Notes: generated from the letters alone by a model not told the origin. 64,000 bases of DNA from Candidatus Oxydemutatoraceae bacterium (GCA_965220085.1 CBDCOZ010000003.1:800001-864000), one strand, 5' to 3'; counted from the stretch's first letter, positions 8,177 through 19,308 are shown. Program-made: numbers and translations.

Positions 8177-10677
8177 TTGTATTCGGCGCCGCGGTCGGCG
8201 ATGTTATGCCGCGGCGCGCCGGCTATCGGTTTGAACATGATCAGCAGCGACGGCAAGAGGCTCAGCGATGCGAGCAATGCCATCAGCATGGCGATGCCGG
8301 TGAGCAGTCCGAAGTAGATTGTCGGGATGAAGTTTGACAGCGTCAGTATGGAGAAGCCGAGAATGATGGTCATGGATGTGTAATACATCGCTTTGCCGAT
8401 GCTTCTGTGGCAACGGTCGATGGCGGCAAAGCAGTCGCGGTCTTTTGCAAACTCGCGCTTGAAGCGGATGATGTAGTGGATCGTGTTATCAACCGCAATC
8501 CCGATGCTGATGGCGGCGATGGTGATGGTCATCATATCAAGCGGTATCCCGCGCCACCCCATAAAGCCGAGCATCAAAGAGGCTGCCAGAGCGTTGGGAA
8601 AGATGGCGATGGCGGCGAGAGACAGCGATCGGAATAAGATGGCGAACATCGTCAGGATTGCCAGAAAGACGATGCCTATTGTCAGAATCTGCGAGGTGTA
8701 CAGGCTCTGTAACATGTTGTTGTAGAGCACGAGCAAACCGGTGGTTTGAAACTCTTCGTCTTGGTATCCGAGTTCGCGCATGCCGTTGTTAACGCGCTCG
8801 ATCAATTCGGCTCGTTTGAGCTCTTTGTCGGAATCAATGACACGCATGTTGATGCGGACTTCGTTGCCGTCATCCGATATGAAAGGATCATAGAGGATGG
8901 GTTTGGTGTCATCGCTTAGCATGCGTCCGAGAAGCGGGGTTTCCAGATCGCTCAACGGTTTGTCATTATTCAGCATTTCGGCCAGCCGGACGAGGGTTGC
9001 GAGCGACATGACTTTTCCGATCTCAGGCTGTTGATCGAGAAAATCGTGGATGTGTTTTAGTTTTTCAAGGTTGATGGGGCTCAGCCAGTAGCTGGCCGTC
9101 GCCGAGGCGTCGTCAAGGTATTGCTCAAATATGTCTTCCTCTTCAAACGCGCCGCTTTCCGCCGGCTCCGGCTCGGCCTTGGCTCTGACGATGATATCAA
9201 GCGGGGTCGTGCCTCCTAACTTGCGGTCTATCTCCAGCATGCCTTGGTGTATTTCGGTGTCTTCATGGAAGTAGTCGATAAAGCGGTTTTCAACCTCAAG
9301 CTTTGATATGCCGACGGCGCTGGCGGCGAGCAGCGCGAGGCCGAGGAGGAAGATGGCGCGGTAGCGCCGCTGCGTGATGCGGGCGAATCCCATCGTGATT
9401 TTGGCGGTGAAGTCATTTGCCGACGCGCTCGTGTGTTTTGGCAGGATGCTCAGAAAAGCCGGAAAGAGGGTAAATACCGCGACAAACGCGAACACGATTC
9501 CGAGCGTCATGATGTGGCCGAAATCAATGACCGGCCGAATGTTGCTGACCACCAAAGAAGCAAAAGCGACGATCGTGGTCAGTGACGTGTAGATGCACGG
9601 CTTAAACATAAACCGCATCGTTTGACTGAGCAACTCGCGGGTCGGGGTGTCGGGGTTGATTGCCTGAGATTCGCGGAAGCGCACACACAGGTGAATGGTC
9701 ATGGACATGGTGATGATCAAGAGCAGCGCGACAAAGTTTGATGACACCACCGTCACATGCCAGTCGAGGAGGCCCAGCAGGCCGATCATCGCGAGTACCG
9801 TCACAGAGCAACACAGGATGGGCAGCGCAACCCAGCGGACGCTGCGAAATATCACGGTCAAAACCAGAATCAGGAATAACATGACGGCTGTTCCGAATAC
9901 GACGAGGTCGTTTTCAATCATGTCCAGCATATCGGAAACGATCATCGGCGCGCCCCCCAGAAAGACTCCGGCATCGTCGCGGTAATGGTTCATGACATCG
10001 CGAATGTCTTTTATGATGCGTTGCTGGTTGCCGGAGAAAACACTGTGATAGTCTCGAAATTCCGCAGAGATCCTCTCAAGTTCGCCAAGGCCGTTTTGAT
10101 CAAGTTGTCCGGCGTGTTTCTGTGTCCGCAACGCTTCCCGTTGTTGCAGGAGGGCGTCGTAATGCGGGTCGCCTTTTAAGTAGACCAAGAGCATGGTTGT
10201 CTTGGCATCGGCGCTGAGGAACAAATCCTTGTAGAGGGGACTCGTGAGGAACTCGCGGCGCGCGAGCGACAGATCCGTGTCGGGCATCGCCAAGGTGCGC
10301 GGCTCGCCCGCGAGTTTGATTCGCGGACTGTCTGCCAACGGCAAGTCCAGAATGGATAATACTTCTTGTACGCCGTCTGCCTCGCCGAGCGAGCGCTTTA
10401 GGTCGCGCAGTTTGGCGAGACTTTCATGCGAAAACAGTTCGCTGCCGGGCGTCCATGTCAGCGCCAGAAACTCATCCACTCCGTAGCGCCGGTTGGTGTC
10501 GCGAAAGAATTTCAAATCGGCGTCGTTTTCAAGCACCAACGCATCCGCCGAAGCGTCCAGCCGGAAGTGGTGCGCTTGGGAGGCGAAACCGATGATGACC
10601 GCGAGCAGCACCGCTAACGCCGCCCGCGGGCGGTCGAGTACGATGGCTTCATAGCATGTCCGGAGGCGGTCTTTCAC
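8173..10677 (-). CDS. MMPL/RND family transporter
   Basis: Two repeats of TM plus periplasmic domain plus 5 TM; GIAVDNTIHY motif. Confidence 0.9.
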   Translation of the reverse strand: MKDRLRTCYEAIVLDRPRAALAVLLAVIIGFASQAHHFRLDASADALVLENDADLKFFRDTNRRYGVDEFLALTWTPGSELFSHESLAKLRDLKRSLGEADGVQEVLSILDLPLADSPRIKLAGEPRTLAMPDTDLSLARREFLTSPLYKDLFLSADAKTTMLLVYLKGDPHYDALLQQREALRTQKHAGQLDQNGLGELERISAEFRDYHSVFSGNQQRIIKDIRDVMNHYRDDAGVFLGGAPMIVSDMLDMIENDLVVFGTAVMLFLILVLTVIFRSVRWVALPILCCSVTVLAMIGLLGLLDWHVTVVSSNFVALLLIITMSMTIHLCVRFRESQAINPDTPTRELLSQTMRFMFKPCIYTSLTTIVAFASLVVSNIRPVIDFGHIMTLGIVFAFVAVFTLFPAFLSILPKHTSASANDFTAKITMGFARITQRRYRAIFLLGLALLAASAVGISKLEVENRFIDYFHEDTEIHQGMLEIDRKLGGTTPLDIIVRAKAEPEPAESGAFEEEDIFEQYLDDASATASYWLSPINLEKLKHIHDFLDQQPEIGKVMSLATLVRLAEMLNNDKPLSDLETPLLGRMLSDDTKPILYDPFISDDGNEVRINMRVIDSDKELKRAELIERVNNGMRELGYQDEEFQTTGLLVLYNNMLQSLYTSQILTIGIVFLAILTMFAILFRSLSLAAIAIFPNALAASLMLGFMGWRGIPLDMMTITIAAISIGIAVDNTIHYIIRFKREFAKDRDCFAAIDRCHRSIGKAMYYTSMTIILGFSILTLSNFIPTIYFGLLTGIAMLMALLASLSLLPSLLIMFKPIAGAPRHNIADRGAEYK

Positions 10678-11951
10678 TCTGCTTCGGCGGGCTTGTTTAT
10701 GTCGGGTATGATTCTCACCATCTTGATCGCATTGTGATGGGTTTTTATTATCTCAAAACGGTAGCCTTCCGCGACCGCGCACGTCGGGTTGTCGGGAATC
10801 ATCTCAAGGGTTTCCAGCAACACGCCGTTGACGGTCTTGGGGCCGCTTTCGTTCAGCTTCCACCCCAAAGCCTGATTGAGCTCTCTGATGTGGCAACTGC
10901 CGTCGACGAGCACGCTGCCGTCCGCTTGATAGGTGACTCCGATATCGTAAGTGCTCGGGTCTTTTGTGAACTCTCCGACGATCTCTTCCAGCAAATCCTC
11001 CATCGTGACCAGCCCTTGGACCGTTCCGTATTCGTCCACCACCAAGGCGGTGTTGCGTTTGTGTTGCTTAAAGTCTCGCAGCGCGTCTATCAGGCGCGTG
11101 TGTTCGGATACAAAATAAGGTTCGCGCACGTGCTCTTCGATCGCGCGGACATCAAAGGTGTCGTCATAACCGGCTTGTAAGATTTGTCGGGCGTGCAATA
11201 TGCCGACGATGGAATCGATGGTTCCGCGAAATACCGGCATCCGCGTGTAGGTGGTGTGATGGAGATCGTCTTCAATTTCGCTAAATGACAGATTGAGGTC
11301 GATACCCGATATCTCGTTGCGCGGGACCATAATGTCCTCGACCGTTTTCCGTTCCAAGTCGAGCACGCCGACCAGCATGCCGCGATAGTTATACGGGATG
11401 CGTTTTTCCGATACCGCGAGTACGGTGCGCAGTTCTTCGCGATTGAGAGAATCCAGTGTCGGGGCTTTGTCGCTGATGCCGAGCATTTTGAACAGCGACT
11501 TGATGATTAAATCGGCAAGCCAGGTGAAGGGGTAGAGCGGTATCCGCAGCAGGGAATAGACGAAGCCCGCGGGCAACGCCACTTTTTGCGCATGGACGGT
11601 GGCGAAGGTCTTCGGAGCCAACTCGGCAAACATGAGGAGCATGAAAGTCAGTATCGCCGTGGCGATGACGATTCCGATCTCTCCGTGCAGACGGTAGCCG
11701 ATATACGCCACCAGTTGGGCAATCAGAATATTGACAAGATTATTTCCGAACAAGATGACCGCGATCAGTTGGTCGGGATTCTCCAGCAACTTGATCGTGC
11801 GTTTTGCATTGCGGTGCCCGTTAGCGGCAAGGTGCGCAAGACGATAGCGGTTGACTCTCATCAGCGCGGTTTCCGAACCGGAAAAGAATGCCGATAAGAC
11901 GAAGAGCAGGACAAGAGCGATGAAGTATGTATGCAAAGGAATTTCTTCCAC
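10674..11951 (-). CDS. HlyC/CorC (CNNM, DUF21-CBS-CorC) family protein
   Basis: SAFFSGSETA, GNNLVNI, EDIMVPR, VVDEYG..QGLVTMEDLLEEIVGE. Confidence 0.93.
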   Translation of the reverse strand: MEEIPLHTYFIALVLLFVLSAFFSGSETALMRVNRYRLAHLAANGHRNAKRTIKLLENPDQLIAVILFGNNLVNILIAQLVAYIGYRLHGEIGIVIATAILTFMLLMFAELAPKTFATVHAQKVALPAGFVYSLLRIPLYPFTWLADLIIKSLFKMLGISDKAPTLDSLNREELRTVLAVSEKRIPYNYRGMLVGVLDLERKTVEDIMVPRNEISGIDLNLSFSEIEDDLHHTTYTRMPVFRGTIDSIVGILHARQILQAGYDDTFDVRAIEEHVREPYFVSEHTRLIDALRDFKQHKRNTALVVDEYGTVQGLVTMEDLLEEIVGEFTKDPSTYDIGVTYQADGSVLVDGSCHIRELNQALGWKLNESGPKTVNGVLLETLEMIPDNPTCAVAEGYRFEIIKTHHNAIKMVRIIPDINKPAEAE

Positions 11952-11954
11952 GTT

Positions 11955-12758
11955 TTATGCTCGGTGCAGAATCAACTCTAAGACGAACTTGCTGCCAAGG
12001 TAAGCAAGCAGCAGAAGCACAATACCCGATAATATGGTTTTCCACAAACTTCTGCCGCGCCAGCCGAATAACAGCCGGCCTGTGAGTACGGCAAAAAAGA
12101 GCAGCCAGGCGATCGCCGACAGCGTTGTTTTGTGCACCAGATGTTGCGCAAAAAGGTTTTCGTGGACTATCCAGCCGCTGACCAGACTGGCGGTCAGCAA
12201 CAGTATGCCGACGATGAGCAGGTCCAACAGAAAACTTTCCATGGCATCCAGCGACGGCAGCGCGGCGAGGATTCCCGGCAGGGACGAATTCCGCAGGCGC
12301 TTGTCTTGCATATAAATGGCAATCGTTTGAATCCCCGCCAGATTCAGAAAGCTATAAGCCAGAAACGAGGAGATGATGTGTATTTGCACGCCCGCGGCAG
12401 CCGTGTCGCGCACGATGATGTTGCCGCTTACATTCATAGAGTCAAGCAGGATGACGAAGATCGTAATCGGCAGAACGATGAGCCCGAGGACCGCGAGGGG
12501 ACGGCGGATGCAAGACAGGAGAAGCGTGAGCGATATGAGCAGCATGGACAATGAGGCCGCCTTGAAGAAGGACAAGTCTATGCCGGAGTTGTCGCCAAAC
12601 AGCAAGTTCAGGTTTATCGCATGGAAAAAAATTGCGATGGCCCAGAAGGCAATCACAGGGCGGCTCAATTCTCCTTTCTTGTTGCGGCTTCTTGCCCATA
12701 ACAACAGGGCTGCGAACAGGTACAAGGAGACGGAAATGAAGGCTGAGACAAGTGTCAT
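11955..12758 (-). CDS. Cytochrome c assembly (CcsA/YpjD-like) inner membrane protein
   Basis: Multi-TM; LPSLDAME, HLVHKT, GWRGR, LAYLGSKFVLE motifs. Confidence 0.9.
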   Translation of the reverse strand: MTLVSAFISVSLYLFAALLLWARSRNKKGELSRPVIAFWAIAIFFHAINLNLLFGDNSGIDLSFFKAASLSMLLISLTLLLSCIRRPLAVLGLIVLPITIFVILLDSMNVSGNIIVRDTAAAGVQIHIISSFLAYSFLNLAGIQTIAIYMQDKRLRNSSLPGILAALPSLDAMESFLLDLLIVGILLLTASLVSGWIVHENLFAQHLVHKTTLSAIAWLLFFAVLTGRLLFGWRGRSLWKTILSGIVLLLLAYLGSKFVLELILHRA

Positions 12759-12921
12759 ACGGGACTCTTTGATGCGTTAGTTTAGTTGTCGCACTGGCGG
12801 ACATTATAACCGATAGCCATATTGCCGCCGGCCCTGCGGGCTTGTTTCTTGTTGTAAAGGCGCATGTTTGTTCCTGTGTATTGTGGTAATATACGGGTCG
12901 CAATATTCATGGAGTCAGCAT

Positions 12922-13263
12922 ATGTCAGAAGCGCAAAATTTGATTTTTACCGATGCGGCGGCTGAAAAAGTAAAAAAGCTGGTCGCGGAGGAAGAGAATG
13001 ACAACCTTAAATTGCGTGTGTTTATCAGCGGCGGCGGTTGCGCCGGTTTCCAATACGGTTTCACTTTTGATGAAACGGTTCAGGATGGCGATACCACGAT
13101 TGAGAAAGGCGGGGTAGTCCTGTTAGTCGATCCGATGAGCATACAATATTTGAGGGGAGCCGAGATAGATTACACAGAAGGTCTGGAAGGAGCCCAGTTC
13201 ATTATCCGCAACCCGAATGCGGTTACGACTTGCGGGTGCGGTTCTTCGTTCTCGCCGGCTTGA
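12922..13263 (+). CDS. erpA: Iron-sulfur cluster insertion protein ErpA
   Basis: [33 protein letters not shown]; ATG 12922 preceded by GGAG. Confidence 0.95.
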   Translation: MSEAQNLIFTDAAAEKVKKLVAEEENDNLKLRVFISGGGCAGFQYGFTFDETVQDGDTTIEKGGVVLLVDPMSIQYLRGAEIDYTEGLEGAQFIIRNPNAVTTCGCGSSFSPA

Positions 13264-13294
13264 ACCATCCCGCAATCAAGATGTCACGGACAGC

Positions 13295-14395
13295 TTAGCG
13301 GGCGGGAGCATAGATCGCTCCCAGTATCGCGGCTTTGCGAGCGCCGGTCGCGGTTGTCATCGCCCCCGGCTTGGCGTCTAAGCGACGTTGCGCCAGCCAG
13401 GCGAAAGTGAGCGCTTCAACATGCATGGGATTGATTCCCTCATCCAGAGTTGTTTTGGTTTCCATGTCGGTATGTTTGCCGATGTTATCGATGAGGCGGC
13501 GATTGTATGCGCCGCCCCCGCAGATGAGTATCGTGCGCGTATCCGGAGCGTAGTCGCGTATCGCTTGTGCGATGCATTGGGCGCTCAGTTCGGATAATGT
13601 CGCTTGTACGCTGGCCGGCTCATATTTGTCCGCCAAGCGCTGTTGCAGCCAGCCCAAGTCAAACTGACCGGCGCAAGCGCTTTTTGGCGGCGGCAAAGAA
13701 AAATACGGTTCGTCCGACAGTCTTTTGAGCAGCGTTCGGTCGGCCTGCGCCGACGCCGCCCACTGTCCTCCGTCATCAAATGCTTTGCGCAGGTGCCGTC
13801 TCGCCCACAGATCCATCAGGCAGTTACCCGGGCCGACATCAAAGCCGGCGGTCACACGGCCTTGCTCCGACAGGACGGTGATATTTGCAATGCCCCCGAT
13901 GTTGACGACGGCTTTGGCGTGTCCGGGTTCGCCGAATGCCAACTCGTGAAACGAGGGGGTCAGCGGCGCGCCTTGTCCGCCGTAGGCCATATCGGCGCGC
14001 CTGAAGTCGGCTATCGTGACCAGATTGGTTTCGGCCGCAACGATATTCGGGTTGCCGATTTGAATCGTGGACGGATAGGCATCCGCCGGATTGTGTAACA
14101 CGGTTTGCCCGTGCAGTCCGAGCGCTTTTATTTCATCGCTCGGCAGACCGCGGTCTTTGACAAAGGCATTGATGCTGTCGGCAAAGGTTTGTGCGAAGAG
14201 ATAATCCAACTGCGCGAACTGTTTCAGTGTTTGCATCCCGCCTTGCGCCGCTCTGACTTCTTGTGCGAGTTGCGGTTTGATCGGATAACTGGCAAACGCC
14301 AGCACGGCGATTTGATTGTCTTTGAAGTCGGCCGCTATGACATCCGCCGCATCGATGCTGGTCCCAGACAATGCGCCGAGATACATGTCAGTCAT
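13295..14395 (-). CDS. anmK: Anhydro-N-acetylmuramic acid kinase
   Basis: SGTSID, HGQTVLH, DFRRADMAYGGQGAPL, NIGGIANIT, FDVGPGN. Confidence 0.96.
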   Translation of the reverse strand: MTDMYLGALSGTSIDAADVIAADFKDNQIAVLAFASYPIKPQLAQEVRAAQGGMQTLKQFAQLDYLFAQTFADSINAFVKDRGLPSDEIKALGLHGQTVLHNPADAYPSTIQIGNPNIVAAETNLVTIADFRRADMAYGGQGAPLTPSFHELAFGEPGHAKAVVNIGGIANITVLSEQGRVTAGFDVGPGNCLMDLWARRHLRKAFDDGGQWAASAQADRTLLKRLSDEPYFSLPPPKSACAGQFDLGWLQQRLADKYEPASVQATLSELSAQCIAQAIRDYAPDTRTILICGGGAYNRRLIDNIGKHTDMETKTTLDEGINPMHVEALTFAWLAQRRLDAKPGAMTTATGARKAAILGAIYAPAR

Positions 14396-15780
14396 TGCCG
14401 CCGCCGGTTTGAATCGCCGTCATCCATCGCCGCCAAATGCGCTTGGTTTACTATGTCGATCCGGGCAAGCAACGGCGCGGTCGTTTCCCGGAAACGTTTC
14501 AGTTCCGCTTTGGGCAAGGGTTTGGCATTGGGCAGTTTGACCTTGACCGGGTCTTTGTGGGTTCCGTTGACCTGTAGTTCGTAGTGCAGATGGGGGCCGG
14601 TAGACAAGCCGGTCGAGCCCACATATCCGATGACCTGTCCTTGTTTGACAAATGATCCGACGCGTTGCTTTTTTGCAAATTTTGACAGGTGGGCATAGAG
14701 CGTTTTGTAATTGCCGCCGTGGCGCACGATGACCGTATTGCCGTATCCTCCGCTGCGCCCGCGGAAAATTATTTTGCCGTCGCCGGTCGTATGTACCGGC
14801 GTGCCGCGCTTGGCCGCATAGTCGACTCCCTTGTGCGCGCGAACGGTATGCAGAATCGGGTGGCGTCGTCTCGGATTAAAGTGAGAGCTGATGTATGCGA
14901 AGTTAAGCGGGCTGCGCAGGAAGGCTTTGCGAACATTTTTGCCGTCCGCGAAGTAATATCCCTCTTTGCCTTTGGAGTCGGCATAGCGCGCGATGCGGTA
15001 ATCTTTTTTGCCGTTGCGAAAATGCAGCGCTACGATGTCTCCGTCGCGAATTTTCTTGCCTTCTATGTATTCCTCCTCGTACAGCAGAACAAAGTAGTCG
15101 TTGAGGCGAATGTCGCGCGCAAAGTCTATGTCCCACCCCAGAATGGCCGCCATCTCAACGATGATCTTGTCCGGTATGTTGGCGCTTTCCGCCGCCAAAT
15201 AAAGGGAATTCTTGATCGTGCCCGATGCGTATGCCAGACTTTTCTCTGCCGCGAGAGTGTGCTCTTGAAAGTCCAGAGTTTTGTCATCCAGGCGCGAGAT
15301 AACGATGCGTTCGGTCGGGGACGGCTGATAGATCAACTTTTCCAGCGCATCGTTATTGACCGAGAACGTGATCGGTTTGCCCGCGCGCAACGCGCTGATC
15401 TTTTTCAGGTTCTGTTTGTCCAGCGCAAGCAGATACCTGAGTTCATGCGACAGGCCGTGGTGTTCTATAATTTCCGACAAAGTATCTCCCGCTTTGACGG
15501 TGTATCGATAGGTCTGCAGATGTTCGTCTTCCGCCGCCGAAGGGCGGTTGTTTGTCACCGAATCGTCCGCTCGGTGTGGCCGGATAGCGTCATCGGGCGG
15601 AGGCGTATCGTTTGCCGGGTACTTGTAAATTCCCGCCGTGTGAGCGGGCGGGAGTTGCATGGCATTGGTGGAAATGATGAAGGTCGCTGTCAGCGTAAGC
15701 AAAACGATGCTGATCGAGAATCGCAACCGGTTACGAACCAGGTTGCGGGCTTTGTCGCTCGGTAGAGTATAATTTTTCAT
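14392..15780 (-). CDS. M23 family murein DD-endopeptidase (MepM-like, LysM/OapA N-terminus)
   Basis: HKGVDYAA, YAHLS, STGPHLHYE zinc motifs; tyrS-M23-anmK synteny; start approximate. Confidence 0.92.
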   Translation of the reverse strand: MKNYTLPSDKARNLVRNRLRFSISIVLLTLTATFIISTNAMQLPPAHTAGIYKYPANDTPPPDDAIRPHRADDSVTNNRPSAAEDEHLQTYRYTVKAGDTLSEIIEHHGLSHELRYLLALDKQNLKKISALRAGKPITFSVNNDALEKLIYQPSPTERIVISRLDDKTLDFQEHTLAAEKSLAYASGTIKNSLYLAAESANIPDKIIVEMAAILGWDIDFARDIRLNDYFVLLYEEEYIEGKKIRDGDIVALHFRNGKKDYRIARYADSKGKEGYYFADGKNVRKAFLRSPLNFAYISSHFNPRRRHPILHTVRAHKGVDYAAKRGTPVHTTGDGKIIFRGRSGGYGNTVIVRHGGNYKTLYAHLSKFAKKQRVGSFVKQGQVIGYVGSTGLSTGPHLHYELQVNGTHKDPVKVKLPNAKPLPKAELKRFRETTAPLLARIDIVNQAHLAAMDDGDSNRRRQ

Positions 15781-15866
15781 TGGCAGTGCCTGAATCATCC
15801 GAATTGAAAGGTAAAGGTTACTGTTCTTGGTTTTATTGTCAAATAATCATCGACTTCGTTTGTATC

Positions 15867-17060
15867 ATGCTATCCGAATTACTGCGCGGCGCCAAAGAAA
15901 TACTGCACACCGAGGAGCTCGAGCGGCAACTGGATTCGGGCAAGCGGCTGGTTGTCAAAGCCGGCTTTGACCCGACCTCGCCGGACTTGCATCTCGGCCA
16001 TTTTGTCGTGTTGAACAAACTGCGCTTGTTTCAGGACCTGGGACACAGCGTCAAGTTTGTGGTCGGCGACTTCACCGGCCTAATCGGCGACCCCAGCGGG
16101 AAGGATGCGACCCGCCCGCCGGTGTCAAAAGAACTCATCGAAAAAAATGCCGCCAGTTATGCCGAGCAGGCCTTTAAGGTTCTGAATCCCGAGGCCACGG
16201 AAATCTGCTTTAATTCCAAGTGGCTCGGCGCGTTGAGCCTGTCCGATGTATTGCGTCTGGCATCCCATCATACGGTTGCGAGAATGTTGGAACGCGATGA
16301 CTTCAGTCAGCGCTATGCCGCCGGGCAGCCGATAGGCATCCACGAATTTTTGTATCCTCTGATGCAAGGTTACGATTCGGTGGTCCTGTCCAGCGATGTG
16401 GAATTGGGCGGCGCCGATCAAAAGTTCAATCTGTTGGTCGGCAGGCATCTGCAAAAAGTTTGGAAGCAAGCGCCGCAGGTAGTGATGATGATGCCGCTGC
16501 TGGTGGGTTTGGACGGCACGCGAAAGATGTCGAAATCGCTGGATAACTGCATCGGCATTACCGAAAGCCCGCAGGCGATGTTTGGCAAGGTCATGTCTGT
16601 GTCGGATGATCTGATGCGGCACTATTTTGACTTGCTGAGCTTTCGCCCGTCATCGGAGCTGGACAGTCTGAAAGAGTCGGTTGCCCAAGGCGCGAACCCT
16701 CGCGATATCAAGATGTTGCTGGCTTCGGAGATCGTGACGCGCTTTTGCGGTGACACCGCGGCGCAAGCGGCGGAGGCCGACTTTGTGGCGCGTTTTAGGC
16801 ACGGGCAAATGCCCGATGACATAGAGTCCGACACCTTGACGATCGAGGATTCCGCCTTGGGCTTGGCAACGCTTCTCAAACTCTCTTCTTTGACCCCTTC
16901 GACTTCGGAAGCTATCAGAATGATCAAGCAAGGCGCGGTTCGGATAGACGGAGAAAAAGTATCGGATATTAAACTGCCGATCAGCGCCGGCAGCGAACAC
17001 ATATTTCAAGTGGGGAAGCGGCGGTTTATGAAGATAAAACTGTTGCGAGGTTCCGATTAA
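15867..17060 (+). CDS. tyrS: Tyrosine--tRNA ligase
   Basis: GFDPTSPDLHLGH, YPLMQGYD, KMSKS, C-terminal S4 domain. Confidence 0.97.
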   Translation: MLSELLRGAKEILHTEELERQLDSGKRLVVKAGFDPTSPDLHLGHFVVLNKLRLFQDLGHSVKFVVGDFTGLIGDPSGKDATRPPVSKELIEKNAASYAEQAFKVLNPEATEICFNSKWLGALSLSDVLRLASHHTVARMLERDDFSQRYAAGQPIGIHEFLYPLMQGYDSVVLSSDVELGGADQKFNLLVGRHLQKVWKQAPQVVMMMPLLVGLDGTRKMSKSLDNCIGITESPQAMFGKVMSVSDDLMRHYFDLLSFRPSSELDSLKESVAQGANPRDIKMLLASEIVTRFCGDTAAQAAEADFVARFRHGQMPDDIESDTLTIEDSALGLATLLKLSSLTPSTSEAIRMIKQGAVRIDGEKVSDIKLPISAGSEHIFQVGKRRFMKIKLLRGSD

Positions 17061-17845
17061 AACCTGCAAAATGTAATTTTGAAGCGAATCGTTTCCTTGA
17101 CTTGCCGGGGGCGCACCGCCAGATCGTCCAGCGCAAAAAAGTGGATGGCGAAGCGCGGCTTGCCGGCGCTGACCTCGGGATATATCCCGTCGTAACCGTC
17201 CAAATCAATCCGCAACATCTGATACTTTTTCTCCGGATTTTCAAACTCTTGCGAGTAGTACCCCGCTTTTGCGGTGAGTTCGATACATTCTCCTCCGCTG
17301 CGCGACAACTCAAGGCAATCGTAGATGCCTTGGCAGAGTTCGGAGAACGGCTGATACCACGCTTGGATATCGCTTACCCGCCGCTCGCGGGGCAATGCAA
17401 ACCATCCTGTCAATATGGGAAGATCAAAACTACAGACCCCGCCCGGGATGCTGATCCTCCGTTTGACCAAATTTAGAAAGTGGTGGTTTTGTCGGTTGAG
17501 AGCGTGCGAAGAGAAATGCTCCATCTCCAATAAGAGTTGTTCTTTTCCGCGGGTTGTCAGGCGCAGGCTTTCCTGATTGACTTGCGGTCTGGAGTCTAAC
17601 TTTTTTAACTGTTCTATTTGCCACCTCAGGTGTTGCATGATCTCGCTTCTTAAATCTATGTTTTTAGTCAGTTCTTCCAACTCTATCAACAAGCGCAAAG
17701 CCTCCAGACAAGCCTCGGCGCTGTCTATCGATTCAATTTTTGCTTCCAGACTGCGCGCCAGATATTCGCAACGCAGAAAATAGCGGATGCGGCTGCTCAA
17801 GGGAAATTCGCAGATTCTAGTCGGTGTTTTTGCTTCCATGTTCAT
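17057..17845 (-). CDS. zapD: Cell division protein ZapD
   Basis: EFPL..RIR.FLR.E, IPGG.CSFDLP, YPEVSAGK.RF; follows coaE. Confidence 0.92.
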   Translation of the reverse strand: MNMEAKTPTRICEFPLSSRIRYFLRCEYLARSLEAKIESIDSAEACLEALRLLIELEELTKNIDLRSEIMQHLRWQIEQLKKLDSRPQVNQESLRLTTRGKEQLLLEMEHFSSHALNRQNHHFLNLVKRRISIPGGVCSFDLPILTGWFALPRERRVSDIQAWYQPFSELCQGIYDCLELSRSGGECIELTAKAGYYSQEFENPEKKYQMLRIDLDGYDGIYPEVSAGKPRFAIHFFALDDLAVRPRQVKETIRFKITFCRF

Positions 17846-18434
17846 GTGCCGCGCGCATAAGCAGCGCGTGCAACTCGTTTATTCTCTTTTTTAAGTACTC
17901 GGGCCCCCTTATATTATTAACGACTATGTCAGAAACTTCCAACCTTTTGTTTCTGTCCGACTGCGAATTGATGATTTTCATGGCTTCTGCCTCGCCGCAA
18001 CGGTCGCGTTCTGTGATTCGCCGCACCTGTGTTTCGATCGGGCAGTCTATCGTGATGATGCGATCGACCATGTCTTGCATATTCGCTTCCAGCAACAAAG
18101 GCGCTGCGATGACGCAGTAAGGCGCATCTAATAATTCAAGTTCTTTCTCTATCCGTCTGCGTATGGCAGGGTGAAGGATCGCGTTTAATTTCTCTTTGGC
18201 AGAGGCGTCATTAAAGATAAGCCTGCGCATGAAAGGGCGGTTCAGGTTTCCGTCTTGGTCGAGAACCTTGTCGCCGAAGCATTCGACTATGGTATCTAGT
18301 TCGCGACAGCCGCGGCGGGTGATTTGGCGCGAAATCTTATCCGCGTCGATGACCGGAACGCCTATCTTTTCAAAGCATTCGGTTGCTTCGCTCTTTCCGC
18401 AAGCGATACCGCCGGTTAAACCGATTCTTAACAT
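17817..18434 (-). CDS. coaE: Dephospho-CoA kinase
   Basis: IGLTGGIACGKS, VIDAD, ILHP, PLLLE. Confidence 0.96.
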   Translation of the reverse strand: MLRIGLTGGIACGKSEATECFEKIGVPVIDADKISRQITRRGCRELDTIVECFGDKVLDQDGNLNRPFMRRLIFNDASAKEKLNAILHPAIRRRIEKELELLDAPYCVIAAPLLLEANMQDMVDRIITIDCPIETQVRRITERDRCGEAEAMKIINSQSDRNKRLEVSDIVVNNIRGPEYLKKRINELHALLMRAAHEHGSKNTD

Positions 18435-18447
18435 CTCCTTAACATCT

Positions 18448-19308
18448 CTATTTCATACCGAAGAAAAAAGCAAAAGGGTCGGATATTTCATGAATATATA
18501 TTAATCCGATAATACTCGCAAAGGCCAGATATGGGCCAAATGCGATTTCCTCCTTAAGCGCGCGTCGTCGCAGAACGACGAGGGCGAGGCTGGCAAAAAT
18601 CCCGCTGACAGAAGCGATTAGAATCACGCCGGGCAATGCCTCCCAGCCCAGCCAAGCGCCGATGGCCGATAGCAATTTGAGGTCTCCTTGGCCCAAGCCG
18701 TGCTTGCCGGATAGCAGTCTAAATGATTGTTTTATAAAGAGAAATATGACATAGCCTGCGATGGCGCCGAAAACCGCGCTGGTGATGTCGGCGAACAGGC
18801 CGAAGCTGTTGCAAACCAGTCCGGCCCACAGCAGGGTCAGTGTCAGTTCGTCGGGCAGGATTTTCTCACGCTGATCGATACAAGCCAGCGCCAGCAAAAA
18901 TGTCGCCGCGATGACAGCGGCAAGAAAATGCCATGTCGCCCCGTAGACATGGAACATGGTCAGCCATAACGCAAGCGTGGCCGCCTCAATCAGAAAATAC
19001 GATTTGATGGGCGCGCGGCAATACGCGCAGCGCCCTTTGAGAAAGACGCAACTGATCAGCGGAATGTTGTGTCGCCACTTGAGTTTCTTTTTGCACTCGG
19101 GGCAATGCGAAGCGGGCAGGCAGAGCGATAGCCCGGAGTCGGCGTCGGCGTGAGGCGCTTCGGCCAGAAACTCTTTGCACTCCGCGCGCCACTTGCGCTC
19201 AAGAATTTTGGGAAGGCGGCAGATGACAACGGTCAGAAAACTGCCTATGCATGCGGCTATCGCAACGATCGCAATAAGCGACAACCAGTGGTTGGCAAAA
19301 ATATCCAA
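18448..19308 (-). CDS. pilD: Prepilin peptidase / N-methyltransferase
   Basis: GSFL.VVI.RLP, SHCPEC, GRCAYC, ID....LPD, G.GDLKL, FGPYLA. Confidence 0.95.
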   Translation of the reverse strand: MDIFANHWLSLIAIVAIAACIGSFLTVVICRLPKILERKWRAECKEFLAEAPHADADSGLSLCLPASHCPECKKKLKWRHNIPLISCVFLKGRCAYCRAPIKSYFLIEAATLALWLTMFHVYGATWHFLAAVIAATFLLALACIDQREKILPDELTLTLLWAGLVCNSFGLFADITSAVFGAIAGYVIFLFIKQSFRLLSGKHGLGQGDLKLLSAIGAWLGWEALPGVILIASVSGIFASLALVVLRRRALKEEIAFGPYLAFASIIGLIYIHEISDPFAFFFGMK